Source: Eledone cirrhosa
Lineage: Eukaryota
Length of the DNA: 64,000 nucleotides
Assembly (NCBI GenBank): GCA_964016885.1
Contig: OZ024759.1
Coordinates: 1,116,001-1,180,000 of the forward strand
Direction: 5' to 3'
In this document: positions 13,300 to 28,300 of the stretch, piece after piece
How the letters are laid out: each line of letters begins with the position of its first letter
Position numbering within the stretch: the stretch's first letter is position 1
Notes under the pieces: model-generated
Seen by the model: the letters and a program-made list of their open reading frames with translations, nothing else
Databases searched by the model: none
What the model was told of the DNA's origin: nothing
Program-made: the position numbers and the translations under genes

Positions 13300-16200
13300 T
13301 AACATGACAAAGTCTATATTAGTAGCATGACACAGTCTAAATTAGTAACATGACACAGTCTATATTAGTAACATGACAGTCTATATTAGTAACATGACAC
13401 AGTCTATATTAGTAACATGACAAAGTCTATATTAGTAGTATGACAAAGTCTATATTAGTAACATGACAGTCTATATTAGTAACATGACAAAGTCTATATT
13501 AGTAGCATGACAAAGTCTATATTAGTAGCATGACACAGTCTATATTAGTAACATGACACAGTCTATATTAGTAACATGACACAGTCTATATTAGTAACAT
13601 GACAAAGTCTATATTAGTAGCATGACAAAGTCTATATTAGTAACATGACAAAGTCTATATTAGTAACATGACACAGTCTATATTAGTAACATGACAAAGT
13701 CTATATTAGTAACATGACAAAGTCTATATTAGTAACATGACAGTCTATATTAGTAACATGACAAAGTCTATATTAGTAACATGACAAAGTCTCTATTAGT
13801 AACATGACAAAGTCTATATTAGTAACATGACAGTCTATATTAGTAACATGACAAAGTCTCTATTAGTAACATGACAAAGTCTATATTAGTAACATGACAG
13901 TCTATATTAGTAACATGACAAAGTCTATATTAGTAACATGACAGTCTATATTGTAACATGACACAGTCTATATTAGTAACATGACACAGTTTATATTAGT
14001 AACATGACATAGTCTATATTAGTAACATGATAAAGTCTATATTAGTAACATAACAGTCTATATTGTAACATGACACAGTCTATATTAGTAACATGACACA
14101 GTCTATATTAGTAACATGACAGTCTATATTAGTAACATGACAAAGTCTATATTAGTAACATGACAAAGTCTATATTAGTAACATGACAAAGTCTATATTA
14201 GTAACATGACAAAGTCTATATTAGTAGCATGACACAGTCTATATTAGTAACATGACAAAGTCTATATTAGTAACATGACACAGTCTATATTAGTAACATG
14301 ACAAAGTCTATATTAGTAGCATGACAAAGTCTATATTAGTAACATGACACAGTCTATATTAGTAACATGACAAAGTCTATATTAGTAACATGACACTGTC
14401 TATATTAGTAACTTGACAAAGTCTATATTAGTAACATGACACAGTGTATATTAGTAACATGACACAGTCTATATTAGTAACATGACAAAGTCTATATTAG
14501 TAGCATGACAAAGTCTATATTAGTAACATGACAAAGTCTATATTAGTAACATGACACAGTCTGTGTTAGTAACATGACAAAGTCTATATTAGTAACATGA
14601 CAAAGTCTATATTAGTAACATGACACATTCTATATTAGTAACATGACAAAGTCTATATTAGTAACATGACAGTCTATATTAGTAACATGACAAAGTCTAT
14701 ATTAGTAACATGACAGTCTATATTAGTAACATGACAACGTCTATATTAGTAACATCACACAGTCTATATTAGTAACATGACAAAGTCTATATTAGTAACA
14801 TGGCAAAGTCTATATTAGTAACATGACAAAGTCTATATTAGTAGCATGACACAGTCTAAATTAGTAACATGACACAGTCTATATTAGTAACATGACAGTC
14901 TATATTAGTAACATGACACAGTCTATATTAGTAACATGACAAAGTCTATATTAGTAGTATGACAAAGTCTATATTAGTAACATGACAGTCTATATTAGTA
15001 ACATGACAAAGTCTATATTAGTAGCATGACAAAGTCTATATTAGTAGCATGACACAGTCTATATTAGTAACATGACACAGTCTATATTAGTAACATGACA
15101 CAGTCTATATTAGTAACATGACAAAGTCTATATTAGTAGCATGACAAAGTCTATATTAGTAACATGACAAAGTCTATATTAGTAACATGACACAGTCTAT
15201 ATTAGTAACATGACAAAGTCTATATTAGTAACATGACAAAGTCTATATTAGTAACATGACAGTCTATATTAGTAACATGACAAAGTCTATATTAGTAACA
15301 TGACAAAGTCTCTATTAGTAACATGACAAAGTCTATATTAGTAACATGACAGTCTATATTAGTAACATGACAAAGTCTCTATTAGTAACATGACAAAGTC
15401 TATATTAGTAACATGACAGTCTATATTAGTAACATGACAAAGTCTATATTAGTAACATGACAGTCTATATTGTAACATGACACAGTCTATATTAGTAACA
15501 TGACACAGTTTATATTAGTAACATGACATAGTCTATATTAGTAACATGATAAAGTCTATATTAGTAACATAACAGTCTATATTGTAACATGACACAGTCT
15601 ATATTAGTAACATGACACAGTCTATATTAGTAACATGACAGTCTATATTAGTAACATGACAAAGTCTATATTAGTAACATGACAAAGTCTATATTAGTAA
15701 CATGACAAAGTCTATATTAGTAACATGACAAAGTCTATATTAGTAGCATGACACAGTCTATATTAGTAACATGACAAAGTCTATATTAGTAACATGACAC
15801 AGTCTATATTAGTAACATGACAAAGTCTATATTAGTAGCATGACAAAGTCTATATTAGTAACATGACACAGTCTATATTAGTAACATGACAAAGTCTATA
15901 TTAGTAACATGACACTGTCTATATTAGTAACTTGACAAAGTCTATATTAGTAACATGACACAGTGTATATTAGTAACATGACACAGTCTATATTAGTAAC
16001 ATGACAAAGTCTATATTAGTAGCATGACAAAGTCTATATTAGTAACATGACAAAGTCTATATTAGTAACATGACACAGTCTGTGTTAGTAACATGACAAA
16101 GTCTATATTAGTAACATGACAAAGTCTATATTAGTAACATGACACATTCTATATTAGTAACATGACAAAGTCTATATTAGTAACATGACAGTCTATATTA

Positions 16201-16340
16201 GTAACATGACAAAGTCTATATTAGTAACATGACAGTCTATATTAGTAACATGACAACGTCTATATTAGTAACATCACACAGTCTATATTAGTAACATGAC
16301 AAAGTCTATATTAGTAACATGGCAAAGTCTATATTAGTAA
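13300..16340. repeat. 1,519-bp tandem duplication
   Basis: gtctaaa at 13339 and 14858, ctgtgtt at 14563 and 16082 (offset 1,519). tagtatg, gataaag, cactgtc, aacttg and caacgtc are also duplicated in the same order. Boundaries approximate. Confidence 0.88.
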
Positions 16341-19300
16341 CATGACAAAGTCTATATTAGTAACATGACAGTCTATATTAGTAACATGACAAAGTCTATA
16401 TTAGTAACATGACAAAGTCTATATTAGTAACATGACAGTCTATATTAGTAACATGACACAGTCTATATTAGTAACATGACAAAGTCTATATTAGTAACAT
16501 GACACAGTCTATATTAGTAACATGACACAGTCTATATTAGTAACATGACACAGTTTATATTAGTAACATGACAAAGTCTATATTAGTAACATGACAAAGT
16601 CTATATTAGTAACATGGCAGTCTATATTAGTAACATGACAAAGTCTATATTAGTAACATGACACAGTCTATATTAGTAACATGACAAAGACTCTATTAGT
16701 AACATGACAAAGTCTATATTAGTAACATGACAGTCTATATTAGTAACATGACAAAATCTATATTAGTAACATGACAGTCTATATTAGTAACATGACAAAG
16801 TCTATATTAGTAACATGACAGTCTATATTGTACCATGACACAGTCTATATTAGTAACATGACATAGTCTATATTAGTAACATGACAAAGTCTATATTAGT
16901 AACATGACAGCCTATATTGTAACATGACACAGTCTATATTAGTAACATGACACAGTCTATATTAGTAACATGACAGTCTATATTAGTAACATGACACAGT
17001 CTATATTAGTAACATGACACAGTCTATATTAGTAACATGACAGTCTATATTAGTAGCATGGCAATGTCTATATTAGTAACATGACACAGTCTATATTAGT
17101 AACAAGACATAGTCTATATTAGTAACATGACAAAGTCTATATTAGTAACATGACACAGTCTATATTAGTAACATGACAAAGTCTATATTAGTAGCATGAC
17201 AAAGTCTATATTAGTAACATGACACAGTCTATATTAGTAACATGACAAAGTCTATATTAGTAACGTGACAAAGTCTATATTAGTAACATGACAAAGTCTA
17301 TATTAGTAACATGACTAAGTCTATATTAGTAACATGACACAGTCTATATTAGTAACATGACAGTCTATATTAGTAGCATGACAAAGTCTATATTAGTAAC
17401 ATGACACAGTCTATATTAGTAACATGACACAGTCTATATTAGTAACATGACACAGTCTATATTAGTAACATGACAGTCTATATTAGTAACATGACAAAGT
17501 CTATATTAGTAACATGGCAAAGTCTATGTTAGTAACATGACAAAGTCTATATTAGTAACATGACAGTCTATATTAGTAACATGACACATTCTATATTAGT
17601 AACATGACAAAGTCTATATTAGTAGCATGACAAAGTCTATATTAGTAACATGACAGTCTATATTAGTAACATGCCAAAGTCTATATTAGTAGCATGACAA
17701 AGTCTATATTAGTAACATGACACAGTCTATATTAGTAACATGACACAGTCTATATTAGTAACATGACAGTCTATATTAGTAACATGACACAGTCTATATT
17801 AGTAACATGACAAAGTCTATATTAGTAACATGACACAGTCTATATTAGTAACATGACACAGTCTATATTAGTAACATGACACAGTTTATATTAGTAACAT
17901 GACAAAGTCTATATTAGTAACATGACAAAGTCTATATTAGTAACATGGCAGTCTATATTAGTAACATGACAAAGTCTATATTAGTAACATGACACAGTCT
18001 ATATTAGTAACATGACAAAGACTCTATTAGTAACATGACAAAGTCTATATTAGTAACATGACAGTCTATATTAGTAACATGACAAAATCTATATTAGTAA
18101 CATGACAGTCTATATTAGTAACATGACAAAGTCTATATTAGTAACATGACAGTCTATATTGTACCATGACACAGTCTATATTAGTAACATGACATAGTCT
18201 ATATTAGTAACATGACAAAGTCTATATTAGTAACATGACAGCCTATATTGTAACATGACACAGTCTATATTAGTAACATGACACAGTCTATATTAGTAAC
18301 ATGACAGTCTATATTAGTAACATGACACAGTCTATATTAGTAACATGACACAGTCTATATTAGTAACATGACAGTCTATATTAGTAGCATGGCAATGTCT
18401 ATATTAGTAACATGACACAGTCTATATTAGTAACAAGACATAGTCTATATTAGTAACATGACAAAGTCTATATTAGTAACATGACACAGTCTATATTAGT
18501 AACATGACAAAGTCTATATTAGTAGCATGACAAAGTCTATATTAGTAACATGACACAGTCTATATTAGTAACATGACAAAGTCTATATTAGTAACGTGAC
18601 AAAGTCTATATTAGTAACATGACAAAGTCTATATTAGTAACATGACTAAGTCTATATTAGTAACATGACACAGTCTATATTAGTAACATGACAGTCTATA
18701 TTAGTAGCATGACAAAGTCTATATTAGTAACATGACACAGTCTATATTAGTAACATGACACAGTCTATATTAGTAACATGACACAGTCTATATTAGTAAC
18801 ATGACAGTCTATATTAGTAACATGACAAAGTCTATATTAGTAACATGGCAAAGTCTATGTTAGTAACATGACAAAGTCTATATTAGTAACATGACAGTCT
18901 ATATTAGTAACATGACACATTCTATATTAGTAACATGACAAAGTCTATATTAGTAGCATGACAAAGTCTATATTAGTAACATGACAGTCTATATTAGTAA
19001 CATGCCAAAGTCTATATTAGTAGCATGACAAAGTCTATATTAGTAACATGACACAGTCTATATTAGTAACATGACACAGTCTATATTAGTAACATGACAC
19101 AGTCTATATTAGTAGCATGACAAAGTCTATATTAGTAACATGACAAAGTCTATATTAGTAACATGACAAAGTCTATATTAGTAACATGACAAAGTCTATA
19201 TTAGTAACATGACACAGTGTATATTAGTAATATGACAGTCTATATTAGTAGCATGACAATGTCTATATTAGTAACATGACAAAGTCTATATTAGTAACAT

Positions 19301-22300
19301 GACACAGTCTATATTAGAAACATGACACAGTCTATATTAGTAACATGACAAAGTCTCTATTAGTAACATGACAAAGTCTATATTAGTAACATGACAGTCT
19401 ATATTAGTAACATGACAAAGTCTATATTAGTAACATGACAGTCTATATTGTAACATGACACAGTCTATATTAGTAACATGACACAGTTTATATTAGTAAC
19501 ATGACATAGTCTATATTAGTAACATGATAAAGTCTATATTAGTAACATGACAGTCTATATTGTAACATGACACAGTCTATATTAGTAACATGACACAGTC
19601 TATATTAGTAACATGACAGTCTATATTAGTAACATGACAAAGTCTATATTAGTAACATGACAAAGTCTATATTAGTAACATGACAAAGTCTATATTAGTA
19701 ACATGACAAAGTCTATATTAGTAGCATGACACAGTCTATATTAGTAACATGACAAAGTCTATATTAGTAACATGACACAGTCTATATTAGTAACATGACA
19801 AAGTCTATATTAGTAGCATGACAAAGTCTATATTAGTAACATGACACAGTCTATATTAGTAACATGACAAAGTCTATATTAGTAACATGACACTGTCTAT
19901 ATTAGTAACTTGACAAAGTCTATATTAGTAACATGACACAGTGTATATTAGTAACATGACACAGTCTATATTAGTAACATGACAAAGTCTATATTAGTAG
20001 CATGACAAAGTCTATATTAGTAACATGACAAAGTCTATATTAGTAACATGACACAGTCTATGTTAGTAACATGACAAAGTCTATATTAGTAACATGACAA
20101 AGTCTATATTAGTAACATGACACATTCTATATTAGTAACATGACAAAGTCTATATTAGTAACATGGCAAAGTCTATATTAGTAACATGACAGTCTATATT
20201 AGTAACATGACAAAGTCTATATTAGTAACATCACACAGTCTATATTAGTAACATGACAAAGTCTATATTAGTAACATGGCAAAGTCTATATTAGTAACAT
20301 GACAAAGTCTATATTAGTAACATGACAGTCTATATTAGTAACATGACAAAGTCTATATTAGTAACATGACAAAGTCTATATTAGTAACATGACAGTCTAT
20401 ATTAGTAACATGACAAAGTCTATATTAGTAACATGACAGTCTATATTAGTAACATGACAAAGTCTATATTAGTAACATCACACAGTCTATATTAGTAACA
20501 TGACAAAGTCTATATTAGTAACATGGCAAAGTCTATATTAGTAACATGACAAAGTCTATATTAGTAACATGACAGTCTATATTAGTAACATGACAAAGTC
20601 TATATTAGTAACATGACAAAGTCTATATTAGTAACATGACAGTCTATATTAGTAACATGACACAGTCTATATTAGTAACATGACAAAGTCTATATTAGTA
20701 ACATGACACAGTCTATATTAGTAACATGACACAGTCTATATTAGTAACATGACACAGTTTATATTAGTAACATGACAAAGTCTATATTAGTAACATGACA
20801 AAGTCTATATTAGTAACATGGCAGTCTATATTAGTAACATGACACAGTCTATATTAGTAACATGACAAAGACTCTATTAGTAACATGACAAAGTCTATAT
20901 TAGTAACATGACAGTCTATATTAGTAACATGACAAAATCTATATTAGTAACATGACAGTCTATATTAGTAACATGACAAAGTCTATATTAGTAACATGAC
21001 AGTCTATATTGTACCATGACACAGTCTATATTAGTAACATGACATAGTCTATATTAGTAACATGACAAAGTCTATATTAGTAACATGACAGCCTATATTG
21101 TAACATGACACAGTCTATATTAGTAACATGACACAGTCTATATTAGTAACATGACAGTCTATATTAGTAACATGACACAGTCTATATTAGTAACATGACA
21201 CAGTCTATATTAGTAACATGACAGTCTATATTAGTAGCATGGCAATGTCTATATTAGTAACATGACACAGTCTATATTAGTAACAAGACATAGTCTATAT
21301 TAGTAACATGACAAAGTCTATATTAGTAACATGACACAGTCTATATTAGTAACATGACAAAGTCTATATTAGTAGCATGACAAAGTCTATATTAGTAACA
21401 TGACACAGTCTATATTAGTAACATGACAAAGTCTATATTAGTAACGTGACAAAGTCTATATTAGTAACATGACAAAGTCTATATTAGTAACATGACTAAG
21501 TCTATATTAGTAACATGACACAGTCTATATTAGTAACATGACAGTCTATATTAGTAGCATGACAAAGTCTATATTAGTAACATGACACAGTCTATATTAG
21601 TAACATGACACAGTCTATATTAGTAACATGACACAGTCTATATTAGTAACATGACAGTCTATATTAGTAACATGACAAAGTCTATATTAGTAACATGGCA
21701 AAGTCTATGTTAGTAACATGACAAAGTCTATATTAGTAACATGACAGTCTATATTAGTAACATGACACATTCTATATTAGTAACATGACAAAGTCTATAT
21801 TAGTAGCATGACAAAGTCTATATTAGTAACATGACAGTCTATATTAGTAACATGCCAAAGTCTATATTAGTAGCATGACAAAGTCTATATTAGTAACATG
21901 ACACAGTCTATATTAGTAACATGACACAGTCTATATTAGTAACATGACAGTCTATATTAGTAACATGACACAGTCTATATTAGTAACATGACAAAGTCTA
22001 TATTAGTAACATGACACAGTCTATATTAGTAACATGACACAGTCTATATTAGTAACATGACACAGTTTATATTAGTAACATGACAAAGTCTATATTAGTA
22101 ACATGACAAAGTCTATATTAGTAACATGGCAGTCTATATTAGTAACATGACAAAGTCTATATTAGTAACATGACACAGTCTATATTAGTAACATGACAAA
22201 GACTCTATTAGTAACATGACAAAGTCTATATTAGTAACATGACAGTCTATATTAGTAACATGACAAAATCTATATTAGTAACATGACAGTCTATATTAGT

Positions 22301-25300
22301 AACATGACAAAGTCTATATTAGTAACATGACAGTCTATATTGTACCATGACACAGTCTATATTAGTAACATGACATAGTCTATATTAGTAACATGACAAA
22401 GTCTATATTAGTAACATGACAGCCTATATTGTAACATGACACAGTCTATATTAGTAACATGACACAGTCTATATTAGTAACATGACAGTCTATATTAGTA
22501 ACATGACACAGTCTATATTAGTAACATGACACAGTCTATATTAGTAACATGACAGTCTATATTAGTAGCATGGCAATGTCTATATTAGTAACATGACACA
22601 GTCTATATTAGTAACAAGACATAGTCTATATTAGTAACATGACAAAGTCTATATTAGTAACATGACACAGTCTATATTAGTAACATGACAAAGTCTATAT
22701 TAGTAGCATGACAAAGTCTATATTAGTAACATGACACAGTCTATATTAGTAACATGACAAAGTCTATATTAGTAACGTGACAAAGTCTATATTAGTAACA
22801 TGACAAAGTCTATATTAGTAACATGACTAAGTCTATATTAGTAACATGACACAGTCTATATTAGTAACATGACAGTCTATATTAGTAGCATGACAAAGTC
22901 TATATTAGTAACATGACACAGTCTATATTAGTAACATGACACAGTCTATATTAGTAACATGACACAGTCTATATTAGTAACATGACAGTCTATATTAGTA
23001 ACATGACACAGTCTATATTAGTAACATGGCAAAGTCTATGTTAGTAACATGACAAAGTCTATATTAGTAACATGACAGTCTATATTAGTAACATGACACA
23101 TTCTATATTAGTAACATGACAAAGTCTATATTAGTAGCATGACAAAGTCTATATTAGTAACATGACAGTCTATATTAGTAACATGCCAAAGTCTATATTA
23201 GTAGCATGACAAAGTCTATATTAGTAACATGACACAGTCTATATTAGTAACATGACACAGTCTATATTAGTAACATGACACAGTCTATATTAGTAGCATG
23301 ACAAAGTCTATATTAGTAACATGACAAAGTCTATATTAGTAACATGACAAAGTCTATATTAGTAACATGACAAAGTCTATATTAGTAACATGACACAGTG
23401 TATATTAGTAATATGACAGTCTATATTAGTAGCATGACAATGTCTATATTAGTAACATGACAAAGTCTATATTAGTAACATGACACAGTCTATATTAGAA
23501 ACATGACACAGTCTATATTAGTAACATGACAAAGTCTATATTAGTAACATGACACAGTCTATATTAGTAACATGACAAAGTCTATATTAGTAACATGACA
23601 AAGTCTATATTAGTAACATGACAGTCTATATTAGTAACATGACAAAGTCTATATTAGTAACATGACAAAGTCTCTATTAGTAACATGACAAAGTCTATAT
23701 TAGTAACATGACAAAGTCTCTATTAGTAACATGACAAAGTCTATATTAGTAACATGACAGTCTATATTAGTAACATGACAAAGTCTATATTAGTAACATG
23801 ACAGTCTATATTGTAACATGACACAGTCTATATTAGTAACATGACACAGTTTATATTAGTAACATGACATAGTCTATATTAGTAACATGACAAAGTCTAT
23901 ATTAGTAACATGACAGTCTATATTGTAACATGACACAGTCTATATTAGTAACATGACACAGTCTATATTAGTAACATGACAGTCTATATTAGTAACATGA
24001 CAAAGTCTATATTAGTAACATGACAAAGTCTATATTAGTAACATGACAAAGTCTATATTAGTAACATGACAAAGTCTATATTAGTAGCATGACACAGTCT
24101 ATATTAGTAACATGACAAAGTCTATATTAGTAGCATGACAAAGTCTATATTAGTAACATGACAAAGTCTATATTAGTAACATGACAGTCTATATTAGTAA
24201 CATGACAAAGTCTATATTAGTAACATGACAAAGTCTATATTAGTAACATGACAAAGTCTATATTAGTAACATGACAAAGTCTATATTAGTAGCATGACAC
24301 AGTCTATATTAGTAACATGACAAAGTCTATATTAGTAGCATGACAAAGTCTATATTAGTAACATGACAAAGTCTATATTAGTAACATGACACAGTCTGTG
24401 TTAGTAACATGACAAAGTCTATATTAGTAACATGACAAAGTCTATATTAGTAACATGACACATTCTATATTAGTAACATGACAAAGTCTATATTAGTAAC
24501 ATGACAGTCTATATTAGTAACATGACAAAGTCTATATTAGTAACATGACAGTCTATATTAGTAACATGACAACGTCTATATTAGTAACATCACACAGTCT
24601 ATATTAGTAACATGACAAAGTCTATATTAGTAACATGGCAAAGTCTATATTAGTAACATGACAAAGTCTATATTAGTAACATGACAGTCTATATTAGTAA
24701 CATGACAAAGTCTATATTAGTAACATGACAAAGTCTATATTAGTAACATGACAGTCTATATTAGTAACATGACACAGTCTATATTAGTAACATGACAAAG
24801 TCTATATTAGTAACATGACACAGTCTATATTAGTAACATGACACAGTCTATATTAGTAACATGACACAGTTTATATTAGTAACATGACAAAGTCTATATT
24901 AGTAACATGACAAAGTCTATATTAGTAACATGGCAGTCTATATTAGTAACATGACAAAGTCTATATTAGTAACATGACACAGTCTATATTAGTAACATGA
25001 CAAAGACTCTATTAGTAACATGACAAAGTCTATATTAGTAACATGACAGTCTATATTAGTAACATGACAAAATCTATATTAGTAACATGACAGTCTATAT
25101 TAGTAACATGACAAAGTCTATATTAGTAACATGACAGTCTATATTGTACCATGACACAGTCTATATTAGTAACATGACATAGTCTATATTAGTAACATGA
25201 CAAAGTCTATATTAGTAACATGACAGCCTATATTGTAACATGACACAGTCTATATTAGTAACATGACACAGTCTATATTAGTAACATGACAGTCTATATT

Positions 25301-28300
25301 AGTAACATGACACAGTCTATATTAGTAACATGACACAGTCTATATTAGTAACATGACAGTCTATATTAGTAGCATGGCAATGTCTATATTAGTAACATGA
25401 CACAGTCTATATTAGTAACAAGACATAGTCTATATTAGTAACATGACAAAGTCTATATTAGTAACATGACACAGTCTATATTAGTAACATGACAAAGTCT
25501 ATATTAGTAGCATGACAAAGTCTATATTAGTAACATGACACAGTCTATATTAGTAACATGACAAAGTCTATATTAGTAACGTGACAAAGTCTATATTAGT
25601 AACATGACAAAGTCTATATTAGTAACATGACTAAGTCTATATTAGTAACATGACACAGTCTATATTAGTAACATGACAGTCTATATTAGTAGCATGACAA
25701 AGTCTATATTAGTAACATGACACAGTCTATATTAGTAACATGACACAGTCTATATTAGTAACATGACACAGTCTATATTAGTAACATGACAGTCTATATT
25801 AGTAACATGACAAAGTCTATATTAGTAACATGGCAAAGTCTATGTTAGTAACATGACAAAGTCTATATTAGTAACATGACAGTCTATATTAGTAACATGA
25901 CACATTCTATATTAGTAACATGACAAAGTCTATATTAGTAGCATGACAAAGTCTATATTAGTAACATGACAGTCTATATTAGTAACATGCCAAAGTCTAT
26001 ATTAGTAGCATGACAAAGTCTATATTAGTAACATGACACAGTCTATATTAGTAACATGACACAGTCTATATTAGTAACATGACAGTCTATATTAGTAACA
26101 TGACACAGTCTATATTAGTAACATGACAAAGTCTATATTAGTAACATGACACAGTCTATATTAGTAACATGACACAGTCTATATTAGTAACATGACACAG
26201 TTTATATTAGTAACATGACAAAGTCTATATTAGTAACATGACAAAGTCTATATTAGTAACATGGCAGTCTATATTAGTAACATGACAAAGTCTATATTAG
26301 TAACATGACACAGTCTATATTAGTAACATGACAAAGACTCTATTAGTAACATGACAAAGTCTATATTAGTAACATGACAGTCTATATTAGTAACATGACA
26401 AAATCTATATTAGTAACATGACAGTCTATATTAGTAACATGACAAAGTCTATATTAGTAACATGACAGTCTATATTGTACCATGACACAGTCTATATTAG
26501 TAACATGACATAGTCTATATTAGTAACATGACAAAGTCTATATTAGTAACATGACAGCCTATATTGTAACATGACACAGTCTATATTAGTAACATGACAC
26601 AGTCTATATTAGTAACATGACAGTCTATATTAGTAACATGACACAGTCTATATTAGTAACATGACACAGTCTATATTAGTAACATGACAGTCTATATTAG
26701 TAGCATGGCAATGTCTATATTAGTAACATGACACAGTCTATATTAGTAACAAGACATAGTCTATATTAGTAACATGACAAAGTCTATATTAGTAACATGA
26801 CACAGTCTATATTAGTAACATGACAAAGTCTATATTAGTAGCATGACAAAGTCTATATTAGTAACATGACACAGTCTATATTAGTAACATGACAAAGTCT
26901 ATATTAGTAACGTGACAAAGTCTATATTAGTAACATGACAAAGTCTATATTAGTAACATGACTAAGTCTATATTAGTAACATGACACAGTCTATATTAGT
27001 AACATGACAGTCTATATTAGTAGCATGACAAAGTCTATATTAGTAACATGACACAGTCTATATTAGTAACATGACACAGTCTATATTAGTAACATGACAC
27101 AGTCTATATTAGTAACATGACAGTCTATATTAGTAACATGACAAAGTCTATATTAGTAACATGGCAAAGTCTATGTTAGTAACATGACAAAGTCTATATT
27201 AGTAACATGACAGTCTATATTAGTAACATGACACATTCTATATTAGTAACATGACAAAGTCTATATTAGTAGCATGACAAAGTCTATATTAGTAACATGA
27301 CAGTCTATATTAGTAACATGCCAAAGTCTATATTAGTAGCATGACAAAGTCTATATTAGTAACATGACACAGTCTATATTAGTAACATGACACAGTCTAT
27401 ATTAGTAACATGACACAGTCTATATTAGTAGCATGACAAAGTCTATATTAGTAACATGACAAAGTCTATATTAGTAACATGACAAAGTCTATATTAGTAA
27501 CATGACAAAGTCTATATTAGTAACATGACACAGTGTATATTAGTAATATGACAGTCTATATTAGTAGCATGACAATGTCTATATTAGTAACATGACAAAG
27601 TCTATATTAGTAACATGACACAGTCTATATTAGAAACATGACACAGTCTATATTAGTAACATGACAAAGTCTCTATTAGTAACATGACAAAGTCTATATT
27701 AGTAACATGACAGTCTATATTAGTAACATGACAAAGTCTATATTAGTAACATGACAGTCTATATTGTAACATGACACAGTCTATATTAGTAACATGACAC
27801 AGTTTATATTAGTAACATGACATAGTCTATATTAGTAACATGATAAAGTCTATATTAGTAACATGACAGTCTATATTGTAACATGACACAGTCTATATTA
27901 GTAACATGACACAGTCTATATTAGTAACATGACAGTCTATATTAGTAACATGACAAAGTCTATATTAGTAACATGACAAAGTCTATATTAGTAACATGAC
28001 AAAGTCTATATTAGTAACATGACAAAGTCTATATTAGTAGCATGACACAGTCTATATTAGTAACATGACAAAGTCTATATTAGTAACATGACACAGTCTA
28101 TATTAGTAACATGACAAAGTCTATATTAGTAGCATGACAAAGTCTATATTAGTAACATGACACAGTCTATATTAGTAACATGACAAAGTCTATATTAGTA
28201 ACATGACACTGTCTATATTAGTAACTTGACAAAGTCTATATTAGTAACATGACACAGTGTATATTAGTAACATGACACAGTCTATATTAGTAACATGACA

